Shown: piece by piece, positions 1-9,283 of the stretch
Layout of the letters: each line of letters starts with the position of its first letter
Numbering within the stretch: the stretch's first letter is position 1
Assembly: GCA_963716175.1 (NCBI GenBank)
Contig: OY970296.1
Span: forward strand, 1,792,001-1,856,000
Direction of reading: 5' to 3'
Origin: an uncultured Armatimonadetes bacterium
Lineage (GTDB): Bacteria > Armatimonadota > Hebobacteria > Hebobacterales > Hebobacteraceae
Length of the DNA: 64,000 bases
The notes under the pieces: generated by a model
The model's input: the letters and a program-made list of their open reading frames with translations, nothing else
What the model was told of the DNA's origin: nothing
Databases searched by the model: none
Made by a program: the position numbers and the translations under genes

Positions 1-47
1 CTAGGGGGACCTGCCCTACGGTTGACATTTCAGGGAGGTGATGTCGC

Positions 48-1170
48 GTGGCGGGCTTGCGTGAGCTGCGGGAGCGCGCAGAGCAGGCGCACAATCAAGC
101 GCGGGAACTGAGGGATCGTCTTTGACCTGGCTCGCCGCGAGGCCGAGCTAAAGGAGCTGGAGGCGCGCGCGGCGGCGCCGGACATCTGGCAAGACCGGGC
201 GGCCGCGGCCGCGCTGCACGCCGATATCAGTCGCCGGAAGCGCGACCTGGAGCCCGTGCAGCAGTTGCTGCGGGAGGCCGAGGACCTGGCGGTGCTGGCC
301 CAGCTCGCCTTGGAGGAAGGGCTGGACGGGGAGGCGAGCGAGATCGAGGCCGGGCTGGCGCAGGTCGAGCGCCTGCTGGCGGAGCAGGAGCTGGCCCGGC
401 TGTTCCAGGGGGAGTACGACTCCCACAACGCCCTGCTCTCGATCAACGCGGGCGCGGGGGGCACCGAATCCTGTGACTGGGTGGATATGCTGGCGCGGAT
501 GTACGGCCGGTGGGCGGAGAGGCATGGCTATGGCTGGGAGGTGATAGATCGCACCCCCGGCGACTCGGCGGGAAGCCGGAGCATAACGGCGGCGATCACT
601 GGTGATCATAGCTATGGGCGGCTGAAGGGGGAGCGCGGGGTGCATCGCCTGGTGCGGCTGTCGCCCTTCGACTCTGCCCATCGGCGCCACACCTCCTTCG
701 CCTCGGTGGATGTGATCCCCGAGGTGGAGGAGGCGGATGAGGTCGAGGTCAGTGCCGAGGACCTGAAGATCGAGACCTACCGGGCGAGCAGCGCTGGCGG
801 CCAGCACGTCAACAAGACGGACTCGGCGGTGCGCATCACTCACCTTCCCACCGGGATCGCGGCCCAGTCGCAGAATGAACGCTCTCAGCACCAGAACCGG
901 GCCGCCGCGCTGCGGGTGCTGAAAGCCCGGCTGCTGGCGCAGAAGCGGGCCGAGCAGGAGCAGAAGCTGGCCGAGCTGCGCGGGGAGCAGACCGAGATCG
1001 CCTGGGGCCATCAGATCCGCTCCTATGTGCTGCATCCCTACCAGATGGTGAAGGATCACCGCACCGAGCACGAGACCGGGAGCGCGACGGCGGTGCTGGA
1101 GGGGGGGATTGATGAGTTTTTGGAGGCCTATCTCCGCTATGACCTCGCCAAGCGCGCGAGAGGGGGCTAA
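48..1170 (+). CDS. prfB: Peptide chain release factor 2, with programmed +1 frameshift
   Basis: GTG at 48 after SD GGAGGTG. Frame 0 ends at CTT-TGA-C (120-126) and the +1 frame continues into ORF 256..1170. SPF peptide anticodon (RLSPFD) and GGQ motif present. Confidence 0.97.
111..126 (+). promoter_or_regulatory. RF2 autoregulatory +1 frameshift site
   Basis: AGGGATCGT-CTTTGAC matches the conserved prfB internal SD-like sequence plus CUU-UGA-C slippery site. Confidence 0.93.
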
Positions 1171-1252
1171 CCAGGGAGCTCTGGGCACGGCGGCAAGTCT
1201 ATGTCGCACCACCTGTGGGGCCCAGAACTCCTCGGCCAAGCGCGCGAGAGGG
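1147..1252. repeat. 18-bp direct repeat of the prfB 3' end, flanking a hairpin
   Basis: GCCAAGCGCGCGAGAGGG at 1147-1164 and 1235-1252. Inverted repeat at 1175-1186 / 1220-1231 (11/12 match). Confidence 0.8.
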
Positions 1253-1319
1253 CGCTAGCTAGTTTCGTGGTAGGAGTCGCTGGGTACACCGGTAGTGAGC
1301 GGCAGGGGGAGGGACTCGT

Positions 1320-2003
1320 ATGACTAGAGGCCTGTTGATGGCAGTCACCGCAACGCTGGGACCGGCGCTGATTTCCAGCGGTCTCTGGGCGGCGGGGTTG
1401 TGCAAAGTGACGGTGCCGCTGGACAGCCGGAATGCGCGGTTGGCTGAGTCCAACCTGGGGGACCTGGTGGCGGACGGCGCCCGCGCCGCGCTGAACGCCG
1501 ACCTGGCGCTGCTGCCGGCTAGCCAGCTCCGGGAGGAGGTGATCCCCGCGGGGGAGCTGGCCGAGCAGGCGCTGGAGGCGGCCTTACTCTATCCCGACGA
1601 GAATGTGGTGCTGGTCGAGACCACGGGGGAGAAGCTGAAGGCGGCGCTGGAACTCGGCCTGTCCGCACTCTCTCAGCCCAACCCCCAGCCCAGCCCCGCG
1701 TTCCTACAGGTGTCCGGTCTGACGGTCGAGTTCCGCTCGGCCAAGCCGGCCGGTGCGCGGGTGGAATCGGTGAAAGTGGGCAATGAGCCGCTGGCGCCTG
1801 GGAAAACCTACCGGGTGGCGGTCCCCAGCTCTCTGGCAAAGGGAGGAATGGGATACTTCCGGGTCTTCGACGGGCTCAAGCCCAAGCAGACCGGGCCCAG
1901 CCTCAGCCAAGCGGTGGTGAATTACGCGCGCGCCAGCCGAGTGGTGGCGATCACGGCCGGCCAGCGGCTGCGCGACCTGTCAACCCCTGCCCCGAAGGGC
2001 TAG
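1320..2003 (+). CDS. Secreted protein with a 5'-nucleotidase C-terminal domain only
   Basis: Signal-like N-terminus. ESNLGDLVAD, FLQVSGL and YRVA...LAKGGMGY motifs of 5_nucleotid_C. No metallophosphoesterase domain. Confidence 0.8.
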   Translation: MTRGLLMAVTATLGPALISSGLWAAGLCKVTVPLDSRNARLAESNLGDLVADGARAALNADLALLPASQLREEVIPAGELAEQALEAALLYPDENVVLVETTGEKLKAALELGLSALSQPNPQPSPAFLQVSGLTVEFRSAKPAGARVESVKVGNEPLAPGKTYRVAVPSSLAKGGMGYFRVFDGLKPKQTGPSLSQAVVNYARASRVVAITAGQRLRDLSTPAPKG

Positions 2004-2128
2004 CGCGGGACGATCTTCTCGTTGGATATCAGCTCGCTTCCGATCGCGGTGAGGCATGGCGGCCGCAGCCCCGATGGCGCTGCCGGGCTGGTTTGGGATA
2101 TAATGTCCGCGAGAACTGAGCCACCGCG

Positions 2129-4474
2129 ATGAAACCCGAGCGCAGCTTCCGCGATATCTTGTGGTGGGCCCTGCGCATCCTGAACCTGTCGCTGCTGATC
2201 CTGATCGCAAGCGGCGGGGGGCTGCTGCTGGGCACCTACTCGGCGGTCTCCAAGGTCATCCCGCGGGCGCGCGACCTGGGGGATATCCGCCCGGGCCGGG
2301 GGTGCCGGGTGCTCTCGGCAGAGGGGGAGCTGCTGGGCAGTGTCGCCACCGAAAACCGCGAGTTCGTCTCTCTGGAGCGGATCCCCGAGCACCTCCAAGA
2401 GGCGACAGTTGCCATTGAAGACAGGGAATTCTACCACCACATTGGGATAGATCCGCGCGGGATTGCCCGGGCCGCGGTGCATGACGTGTTGGCACTGGGA
2501 GTGCGGCAGGGCGGAAGCACCATCACCCAGCAGCTGGCGCGCAATGTCTATCTCACGCGCAGCAGGACACTGGCGCGCAAGCTGGCCGAGCTCGTGCTGG
2601 CGCTCCAGCTCGAGCGAGCCTACACCAAGCCGGAGATCCTGGAGCTCTACCTGAACCAGATCTACTTCGGGGAGGGCGCCTACGGGGTGCAGGTGGCGGC
2701 CAAGACTTACTTCGGGAAGGAGGTCTCGCAGCTCACGCTGGCCGAGTGCGCGCTGCTGGCCGGCCTGCCCAAGGCGCCGGAGCGCTATAGCCCCTTCGAG
2801 GACGAGCAGCGGGCGATTGACCGGCGCAACCTGGTGCTGGCGAAGATGCACGAGCAAGCCTACATCACCCCGAGCCAGGAGGAGCAGGCCCGGCAAGCGC
2901 CCCTGCGGCTGGTGAAAGAGCGCAAGCCGCTGGGGCTGAGCAGCTACCAGGCCCCCTACTTCACCAGCTATGTGCTGCGGGACTTGGCGGGCCGATATGG
3001 GCCGGATACGCTCTACAAGGGCGGGCTGACCATCCACACCACGCTCAACCTGGAGATGCAGCGGGCGGCGGAGGAGGCGGTGGCCTGGGGGATGGCGAGG
3101 GGGCGCTCGTTCAATGTCGGGAAGATGGCGCTGGTGGCGGTGGATGTGCGCAGTGGAGCGATCAAGGCCATGGTGGGGGGCCCGGACTGGAAGAAGAGCC
3201 AGTACAACAGCGCGGTGCAGGGCGGACGCCCGGCCGGCTCTTCCTTCAAGCCGTTCGTCTACACCACCGCGCTGGAGCAGGGATACACGCCGGATAGCAT
3301 TGTGGTGGACTCGCCGGTAAGCTATCCGGGCGCGGGCGGCAAGAGGTGGACCCCCAGGAACTACGAGGGAGGATACTGGGGGCGGATGACCTTCCGCAGG
3401 GCCCTCGCCTTCTCCCGGAACGTGCCGGCGATCAAGGTGGCCAACATGGTGGGGGTCGGATCGGTGATCGCCACTGCGGAGCGGATGGGCATCTATCACC
3501 CGATGCAGCCGGTACTGCCGCTGGCGATCGGCTACTGCGATGTGAGCCCCCTGGAGATGGCCTCCGCCTTTTCTGTATTTGCGAGCAGGGGCCTGCGGAC
3601 GGAGCCCTACGGCATCCGCAAAGTCGTGGACGCGCTGGGCCGCACGGTCTACGAGCACAAGGTGCAGAGCTGGCGGGTGCTGGACGAGCGCATCGCCGCC
3701 ACCATGGTGGATATGCTCTCGGATGTGATCAAGTATGGCACCGCGGCGGGGATCAAGAGCCAGCTCAAGTTCCAGGCAGCGGGGAAGACCGGGACCTCCA
3801 GTGACTACCGGGACGCCTGGTTCGTCGGGTTCACGAACGACCTGAGCGCGGCGGTATGGGCGGGAAACGACACTTTCATCTCCACCAAGCGCGTGGCCGG
3901 GGCGAAGATCCCAGCGCCGGTGTGGGCCCGGTTCATGGTGCAGGCGCAGCCGATCATGGCCTCGGCGCTGGCGAAAGAGCGGGAGCCGGTGGTGGAGATC
4001 AGCTCCGAGGACCAGGGCGTGCCGCAGCCGCCAAAGAAGCGGCCTTCCGCGCCGCGGGGGGAGAAGCAGGAGCAGGTGCCGGCCCAGGAAGAGACGCCTC
4101 CCAGCCGGTTCGTGACCAAGGACATCTGCCCCGTCTCCGGCCTGCTGCGGGGCCCGAACTGCCCGCCGCCGGTTCAGGTCACCTATGATATGGAGTCGGA
4201 TGACAGGCCGCCGACGAAGATGTGCGATGTTCACAACCCGCCGGGGCCCGCCGTGACCGGCGCCCCGGCCGGAGCGCGCCAGCCCGAGGCTGAGCCCGGG
4301 AGGCCCGCCTCCAAGCCGGCCCCGGAGAAGCATTACGTGACTCTGCCCATCTGCGTGCTCACCGGGAAGCTCGCCACGCCCTTCTGCCCGCTAGTCAAGA
4401 ACACGACCTTCGAGGTCGGCAAGGCGCCCACCGAGTCTTGCACCCGCCACGGAAGAAGGCCGCCGGGTCCCTGA
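2129..4474 (+). CDS. Class A penicillin-binding protein (PBP1A family)
   Basis: Transglycosylase motifs EDxxFxxHxG, GGSTITQQL, RKxxE. Transpeptidase motifs SxxK (SSFK), SxN and KTG. Confidence 0.95.
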   Translation: MKPERSFRDILWWALRILNLSLLILIASGGGLLLGTYSAVSKVIPRARDLGDIRPGRGCRVLSAEGELLGSVATENREFVSLERIPEHLQEATVAIEDREFYHHIGIDPRGIARAAVHDVLALGVRQGGSTITQQLARNVYLTRSRTLARKLAELVLALQLERAYTKPEILELYLNQIYFGEGAYGVQVAAKTYFGKEVSQLTLAECALLAGLPKAPERYSPFEDEQRAIDRRNLVLAKMHEQAYITPSQEEQARQAPLRLVKERKPLGLSSYQAPYFTSYVLRDLAGRYGPDTLYKGGLTIHTTLNLEMQRAAEEAVAWGMARGRSFNVGKMALVAVDVRSGAIKAMVGGPDWKKSQYNSAVQGGRPAGSSFKPFVYTTALEQGYTPDSIVVDSPVSYPGAGGKRWTPRNYEGGYWGRMTFRRALAFSRNVPAIKVANMVGVGSVIATAERMGIYHPMQPVLPLAIGYCDVSPLEMASAFSVFASRGLRTEPYGIRKVVDALGRTVYEHKVQSWRVLDERIAATMVDMLSDVIKYGTAAGIKSQLKFQAAGKTGTSSDYRDAWFVGFTNDLSAAVWAGNDTFISTKRVAGAKIPAPVWARFMVQAQPIMASALAKEREPVVEISSEDQGVPQPPKKRPSAPRGEKQEQVPAQEETPPSRFVTKDICPVSGLLRGPNCPPPVQVTYDMESDDRPPTKMCDVHNPPGPAVTGAPAGARQPEAEPGRPASKPAPEKHYVTLPICVLTGKLATPFCPLVKNTTFEVGKAPTESCTRHGRRPPGP

Positions 4475-4568
4475 CGGGCCTTGTCCCAGCAAGGTGACAG
4501 GGGAACCGGTGCCCCAGCCGAAGCGCGGCGCGAAAGGGCCCTGACGCCTGACCTAGAGGTTACCTGAG

Positions 4569-5690
4569 ATGACACGCGCGTTCCGGATTGGCCGGGTTTT
4601 CAACATTGACATCGAGATTGACTACACCTGGTTCATCGTGTTCGTGATCGTGGCCGCGCTGCTCGCCACCGGATGGTTCGCGAAGTATCTCCCGCATGTT
4701 ACAGTAGGCCTGCGCTGGATAGTGGGGTTCATCGCCGCCATCCTGTTCTTCGTGAGTGTGCTGCTGCACGAGCTCTCGCACTCAGTGGTGGCCATCCGCA
4801 GCGGCATGAAGATCAGCGGCATCACCCTGTTCCTCTTCGGCGGGGTCTCGAAGATGACCGATGAGCCCAAGTCGGCGGGGGTGGAATTCCGCATGGCCAT
4901 CGCCGGTCCGGCCATGAGCATCCTGCTGGCGCTGATCTTCCTGGGCCTGGCGCGGGTGACGCGGGCGGGGCCCGGCGGGGAAGTCCTGGGCACGGTGTTC
5001 GCCTGGTTGGGGTGGATGAACGGGATGCTGGCGGTGTTCAACCTGCTGCCCGGCTTCCCTCTGGACGGTGGGAGAGTGCTGCGGGCCGGGATCTGGGGGG
5101 TCACTCACGATCTCACCGATGCCACCCGGGTCGCCTCCGCCTTCGGGCAAGGGCTGGGTTTCCTGCTGATCGTGGCCGGGGTAATCCTGTTCATCGGGCG
5201 GGACTTCGGGGGCCTGTGGCTGGCCTTCATCGGCTGGTTCCTGGTGCAGGCCGCGCAGCAGAGCTACCGGCAGTTGGTGCTGCGGCAGGCGTTGTTGGGG
5301 GTGCCGGTCTCCTCGGTGATGACGGCCCAGGTGGAGTGGGTGCCGGCGGAGGCCACCCTGGAGCAGGTGGTGCACGACCATGTGATGGTCCACAATCATC
5401 CGGCCTTCCCGGTACTGGAGAGCAGCCGCTTGCTGGGTCTGCTATCGCTGAGCGATATCAGGCACGTGCCGCGGGAGCGCTGGCCTTTCGTGACGGCCCG
5501 CGAGGCGGTCCCGGCGCTGACTGAGCTTCAGACCGTTTCCCCCTCTGCCGACGCCTGGGAGGCGCTGCTGAAGATGACCTCCGGGCACGCGGGGCGGCTG
5601 CTGGTGACCGAGGACGGCGCGCTGCGCGGCATCATCACCCGCACGGACGTGATGCACCTGATCCGGAGGCGGATGGAGCTGGGGGTGTAG
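4569..5690 (+). CDS. M50 site-2 protease with CBS domains
   Basis: HELSH, AGP and FNLLPGFPLDGG motifs; C-terminal CBS pair. Confidence 0.93.
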   Translation: MTRAFRIGRVFNIDIEIDYTWFIVFVIVAALLATGWFAKYLPHVTVGLRWIVGFIAAILFFVSVLLHELSHSVVAIRSGMKISGITLFLFGGVSKMTDEPKSAGVEFRMAIAGPAMSILLALIFLGLARVTRAGPGGEVLGTVFAWLGWMNGMLAVFNLLPGFPLDGGRVLRAGIWGVTHDLTDATRVASAFGQGLGFLLIVAGVILFIGRDFGGLWLAFIGWFLVQAAQQSYRQLVLRQALLGVPVSSVMTAQVEWVPAEATLEQVVHDHVMVHNHPAFPVLESSRLLGLLSLSDIRHVPRERWPFVTAREAVPALTELQTVSPSADAWEALLKMTSGHAGRLLVTEDGALRGIITRTDVMHLIRRRMELGV

Positions 5691-5708
5691 TCAGCCTGTG
5701 CGATTCGG

Positions 5709-6761
5709 CTAGGCCAGTGTCTCCCCGTACGGCGCCCGCGCTACCCCGCGCTCTGTCACGATCCCGGCGATCAGCTCGGCAGGAGTGATGTCGAAGGCGG
5801 GGTTGAACACCTCCGCCCCTGCCGGCGCGACCGGCGTTCCGCCGAAGCCAAGCACCTCTTCGGCGCTGCGCTCCTCTATCGGTATCTGAGAGCCGTCGGC
5901 GAGAGAGGGGTCAAGGGTGGAGGTGGGCGCTGCCACGTAGAATGGAATCTGGTGGTGACGCGCCAGCACGGCGAGGCCGTAGGTGCCGATCTTGTTGGCC
6001 GTGTCGCCGTTGCGGGCGATGCGGTCGGCGCCGACGATGACGACATCCACCATGCCCCGCGCCATGCAGGCCCCGGCCATGCCATCGGTGATAAGGGTGG
6101 TCGGGACGCCGGCGCGCATCAGCTCCCACATGGTGAGCCGCGCGCCTTGCAGCAGCGGCCGCGTCTCGCAGGCCAACACCTTGACCGGGTTGCCGGCGGT
6201 CCCTAGGTCGCAGTGCGACCGGGATGGCGGCCCCTTGGGCCTAGCCACGTGGGCGGCCTTGATCACCGCCAGCGCGGTGCCTTCGCCTCCCGTGGCGAGC
6301 GCGCCGGTGTTGCAGATGGTCAGCACGCCTGCGCCGTGCGGGATAAGCGCGCGGCCGTGCTCGGCGATGAGCCGGCAGGTCTCAGTATCCTCCCGGTGGA
6401 TGGCGAGCGCCTCCTGAGCCAGCTCGTCGGCGGTGACACCGGCCGCGGCCCGGGATAGCATGCGGTCTATCGCCCAGAACAGGTTGCGCGCGGTGGGTCG
6501 GGTGGCGCGCAGCAGGGCGGCCGCCTCGGCGATCCGCTCCTGCATGCCCTGGGCTTCGCCCCGGGCGGCGAGGGCGAGGCCGTAGGCGGCGGCGATGCCG
6601 ATGAGAGGCGCGCCCCGCACCTGGAGGGTGCGAATCGCCTGGGCCACCTGCCCGACCTGCCGGCAGCGCAGGTATACCTCCTCCTGGGGCAGGCGGGTCT
6701 GATCCAGGATTACGACCGCATCCTCATCCCAGCGGATTGGGTCAATCTTGCCTACGGGCAT
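5709..6761 (-). CDS. mtnA: Methylthioribose-1-phosphate isomerase
   Basis: VRGAPLIG, CNTGALAT, ETRPLLQGARLT, GADRI, NKIGT, NPAFDITP motifs. Carries an in-frame ~16 aa repeat-derived insert. Confidence 0.95.
   Translation of the reverse strand: MPVGKIDPIRWDEDAVVILDQTRLPQEEVYLRCRQVGQVAQAIRTLQVRGAPLIGIAAAYGLALAARGEAQGMQERIAEAAALLRATRPTARNLFWAIDRMLSRAAAGVTADELAQEALAIHREDTETCRLIAEHGRALIPHGAGVLTICNTGALATGGEGTALAVIKAAHVARPKGPPSRSHCDLGTAGNPVKVLACETRPLLQGARLTMWELMRAGVPTTLITDGMAGACMARGMVDVVIVGADRIARNGDTANKIGTYGLAVLARHHQIPFYVAAPTSTLDPSLADGSQIPIEERSAEEVLGFGGTPVAPAGAEVFNPAFDITPAELIAGIVTERGVARAPYGETLA
6199..6248 (-). repeat. Composite double-hairpin mini-element inserted in frame in mtnA
   Basis: GTGGCTAGGC..GGCCGCCA-TCCCGG..CCTAGGGAC on the minus strand; homologous to intergenic copies at 15619-15675 and 17031-17133. 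Confidence 0.85.
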
Positions 6762-6810
6762 CAAGGCATTCCTTTCCCAGTGCAGCCAGCAGCACTATAA
6801 TAGCAGAGAT

Positions 6811-6836
6811 GGCGGGGTCGGGAGACCCCGCCCTAC
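6811..6836 (-). repeat. GTAG-type REP palindrome
   Basis: GGCGGGGTC-GGGA-GACCCCGCC-CTAC. Confidence 0.8.
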
Positions 6837-6864
6837 ACAACGGCAAGTGTGGCCGGTGAGTCAG

Positions 6865-8151
6865 ATGCGGATGCAGAAATGCCCCCAGTGTGGGGCGGAG
6901 AACAGCATAAGACGCGCCACTTGCTACCAGTGCCAGCAGACGCTGGCTTCCCAGGCCGAACAGGTGGACCGCCCCGCGGCCTCACGCTGGGAGGCGATCG
7001 AGCCGCTGGGCCGGAGGCCCAGAAAGCGCGTGCTGCGGCCGGCCCCGGATGCGATCACATTGTCTGCGCCCCCGGCCGAGGTGCAGGAGCGGGCGCGCAG
7101 CTACATGCCCACCTTCCGCCGCCCGCTCCGCCACGTGCGCCGGATGGGGGTCTTCTTTCGGGAGCTGCACACCCTCACGCGCTCCGGCATCGCCATCGCC
7201 TCGGCCTGCCAGGAGCTTTCCCGCCGCGCCCCGGCTGGCCTGCGGGGGCTGGCGGGGGAGATGGCAGAAGCGGCGGGCGCGGGGAAACCCATTCATACGG
7301 TCATGGAGCAGCACCGGGATCTGCTCTACCCCTGGCATATTGGCCTGGTGCGCGCGGCCCAGGCGGGGGGCTACCTGCCGGAGGCTTTCGACCAGATCGC
7401 GCACGCCTATGAGGTGGAGTGGCAGACCCGTTCCGCCCTGCTCTCGCGGCTGCTCTTCTACCTGGTTTTCGGGCTGCCGCCGGTGCTGGTGGTGCTGCCC
7501 CTGATCCTGATGCTGAACCAGCCCATCCCGACGGAGGGGTGGACGCCGGAGCTTCTGCTCCAAGTTGCGCTGCACTACTTCCGCACGGTTTCACTGTCCA
7601 TCGTGATCGGTCTGATCGCATTGATCCTGGTGTGGCAGGCGCTATCAGCTACCGCTTGGTTCCAGGTCTGGCAGCAGCGCGCGGTGCTGCGCTTGCCGGT
7701 GGTGGGGCGGGTGGCCCGCGCGGCGGCGCTGGATCGCTATTTGGCTACGCTGGGGCTGCTGCTGCGAGGTGGGATCCCGGTGGCGGAGGCGGCGGAAGAG
7801 GCGGCGCGGGCGGCGGGCAACGCCGGCCTCACCCCCAGGCTGCTGGAGGTGGGAAGCGCGGTGCGCTCCGGCGTCTCCCTCGCCCAGGCCCTGGAGAGCA
7901 CCGGCGGGTTCGACCGCGACACGCTCAGCATGGCGGCCACTGGCGAGGTGTCGGGGAGCTTGCCAGAGATGCTGGGCCGGGCCGCCGGCTACTATCGGGA
8001 AGAGCAAGAGCTGAAGCGGAGACTGCTGCTGCGGATGGCGAACGTGGCCTTCGGCGTGGTGTGGATCTGCGTGGCCGGGGCGATCTTCCTGATCGGGGTG
8101 CGCGTCTACTTCGACTTCGCTTTCCGGGTGATGGATTGGATGATGGAGTGA
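6865..8151 (+). CDS. Type II secretion F / PilC-family membrane protein with an N-terminal zinc ribbon
   Basis: CPQC...CYQC at the N-terminus. Two T2SSF repeats (FFRELHTLTRSGI; GEVSGSLPEML..AA.YY) and LRLPVVG. Start is approximate. Confidence 0.85.
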   Translation: MRMQKCPQCGAENSIRRATCYQCQQTLASQAEQVDRPAASRWEAIEPLGRRPRKRVLRPAPDAITLSAPPAEVQERARSYMPTFRRPLRHVRRMGVFFRELHTLTRSGIAIASACQELSRRAPAGLRGLAGEMAEAAGAGKPIHTVMEQHRDLLYPWHIGLVRAAQAGGYLPEAFDQIAHAYEVEWQTRSALLSRLLFYLVFGLPPVLVVLPLILMLNQPIPTEGWTPELLLQVALHYFRTVSLSIVIGLIALILVWQALSATAWFQVWQQRAVLRLPVVGRVARAAALDRYLATLGLLLRGGIPVAEAAEEAARAAGNAGLTPRLLEVGSAVRSGVSLAQALESTGGFDRDTLSMAATGEVSGSLPEMLGRAAGYYREEQELKRRLLLRMANVAFGVVWICVAGAIFLIGVRVYFDFAFRVMDWMME

Positions 8152-8163
8152 GGAGGAGCCGAG

Positions 8164-8553
8164 ATGAAGCTCGAGGTGGATGGAATGTGCTTCGCCTGCG
8201 GCCAGCAGAACCCCATCGGACTGAAGCTGAGCTTCCACTTCGAGGGCGATGATTATGTAACCAGCCTCCAGATACGACCAGAGTACCAGGGCTGGGCTGG
8301 GATCGTGCACGGCGGCCTGCTGGCCACGGCGCTGGATGAGACTATGGCGCGGCTGCTGTGGGAGCGGGAGATCAATGCCATCACCGGCCGACTGGAGGTA
8401 CGCTATCGCCGGCCTGTCGCCATCGGGGAGCAGCTCCAGCTTCGCGGCCGCATCACCCGGCGACGTCCACCCGTGGTGGAGACCGAGGCCTGGGCCATCG
8501 CCGCCGACGGCGCGGTGGTGGCGGAAGCGAAGGCGACGAGCATAGGGGTGTAG
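8164..8553 (+). CDS. PaaI-family thioesterase
   Basis: CFACG..NPIGL and HGG...ALDE hot-dog fold motifs. Confidence 0.9.
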   Translation: MKLEVDGMCFACGQQNPIGLKLSFHFEGDDYVTSLQIRPEYQGWAGIVHGGLLATALDETMARLLWEREINAITGRLEVRYRRPVAIGEQLQLRGRITRRRPPVVETEAWAIAADGAVVAEAKATSIGV

Positions 8554-8619
8554 CGGGGAGGAGACAGGGCGGCAACCCTCTTGCTGGAACCTGGGAATAC
8601 CATGGCGGAGGCGAAACCA

Positions 8620-9171
8620 ATGCGGGCAACAGAGGATTTGAAGCAGGAGCACCGCGTGATCGAGCTGGTGCTGACGGCCCTGGAGGGGATGGCGCAGCAG
8701 CTCGAGCGGGGGAATCTCTTGCGCCGAGAGCCAGCCGAGAGGGCACTGGAGGTGGTGCGCAACTTCGCCGACAAGTGTCACCACGGCAAGGAAGAGCGGT
8801 ATCTGTTCACGAGGCTGGAGACGCGGGGGATGTCGCGCCAGACCGGGATCATCTCGGAGTTGCTGCACGAGCACGGGGAAGGCCGGGCGCACGTGCGCGC
8901 TTTCGCGCGGGCCCTGGTGGGCGCCTGCGAGAGCAATCCGCAGGATGGCCGCGCCTTCGCCGAGCACGCCCAGGGCTATGTCACGCTCCTCAGGAAGCAC
9001 ATCCAGAAAGAGGACGACGTTTTCTTCCCAATGGCCGACCAGAAGCTAACCCCGGAGGATGACGCGGAGCTGATGGAGGCCTTCGAGAAGATCGAGCGGG
9101 AGGAGATCGGCGAAGGGGCGCACGAGAACTACCATCGCTGGGCGGTGGAACTCGCACAGCAGAAGGAGTAG
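8620..9171 (+). CDS. Hemerythrin (HHE) domain protein
   Basis: EH, HHGKEE, EH, HIQKED motifs; SD GGAGG 8 nt upstream. Confidence 0.9.
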   Translation: MRATEDLKQEHRVIELVLTALEGMAQQLERGNLLRREPAERALEVVRNFADKCHHGKEERYLFTRLETRGMSRQTGIISELLHEHGEGRAHVRAFARALVGACESNPQDGRAFAEHAQGYVTLLRKHIQKEDDVFFPMADQKLTPEDDAELMEAFEKIEREEIGEGAHENYHRWAVELAQQKE

Positions 9172-9226
9172 GCGCGCAGTTCAGTGCGCCCGGAACAGCC
9201 TGGGGCGTGATGAATCACGCCCCTAC
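9168..9226. repeat. Inverted REP doublet (REPIN-like)
   Basis: GTAGGCGCGCAG.. overlapping the stop codon, and GGGGCGTGAT-GA-ATCACGCCCC-TAC. Confidence 0.8.
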
Positions 9227-9283
9227 AACAGCTGGCCGGATAGCCCGGATTCCCCGGTCACACCCCAGCGCAGGAGCGCGCCG

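Noticed and set aside
120-126. prfB frameshift as a novelty or pseudogene
   Set aside because: It is the well-known programmed RF2 autoregulatory frameshift.
2000-4333. Long antisense or overlapping ORFs (for example 2000..4333, 23035..24963, 38966..41758)
   Set aside because: Shadow ORFs of high-GC coding sequence, opposite clearly identified genes, with no motifs.
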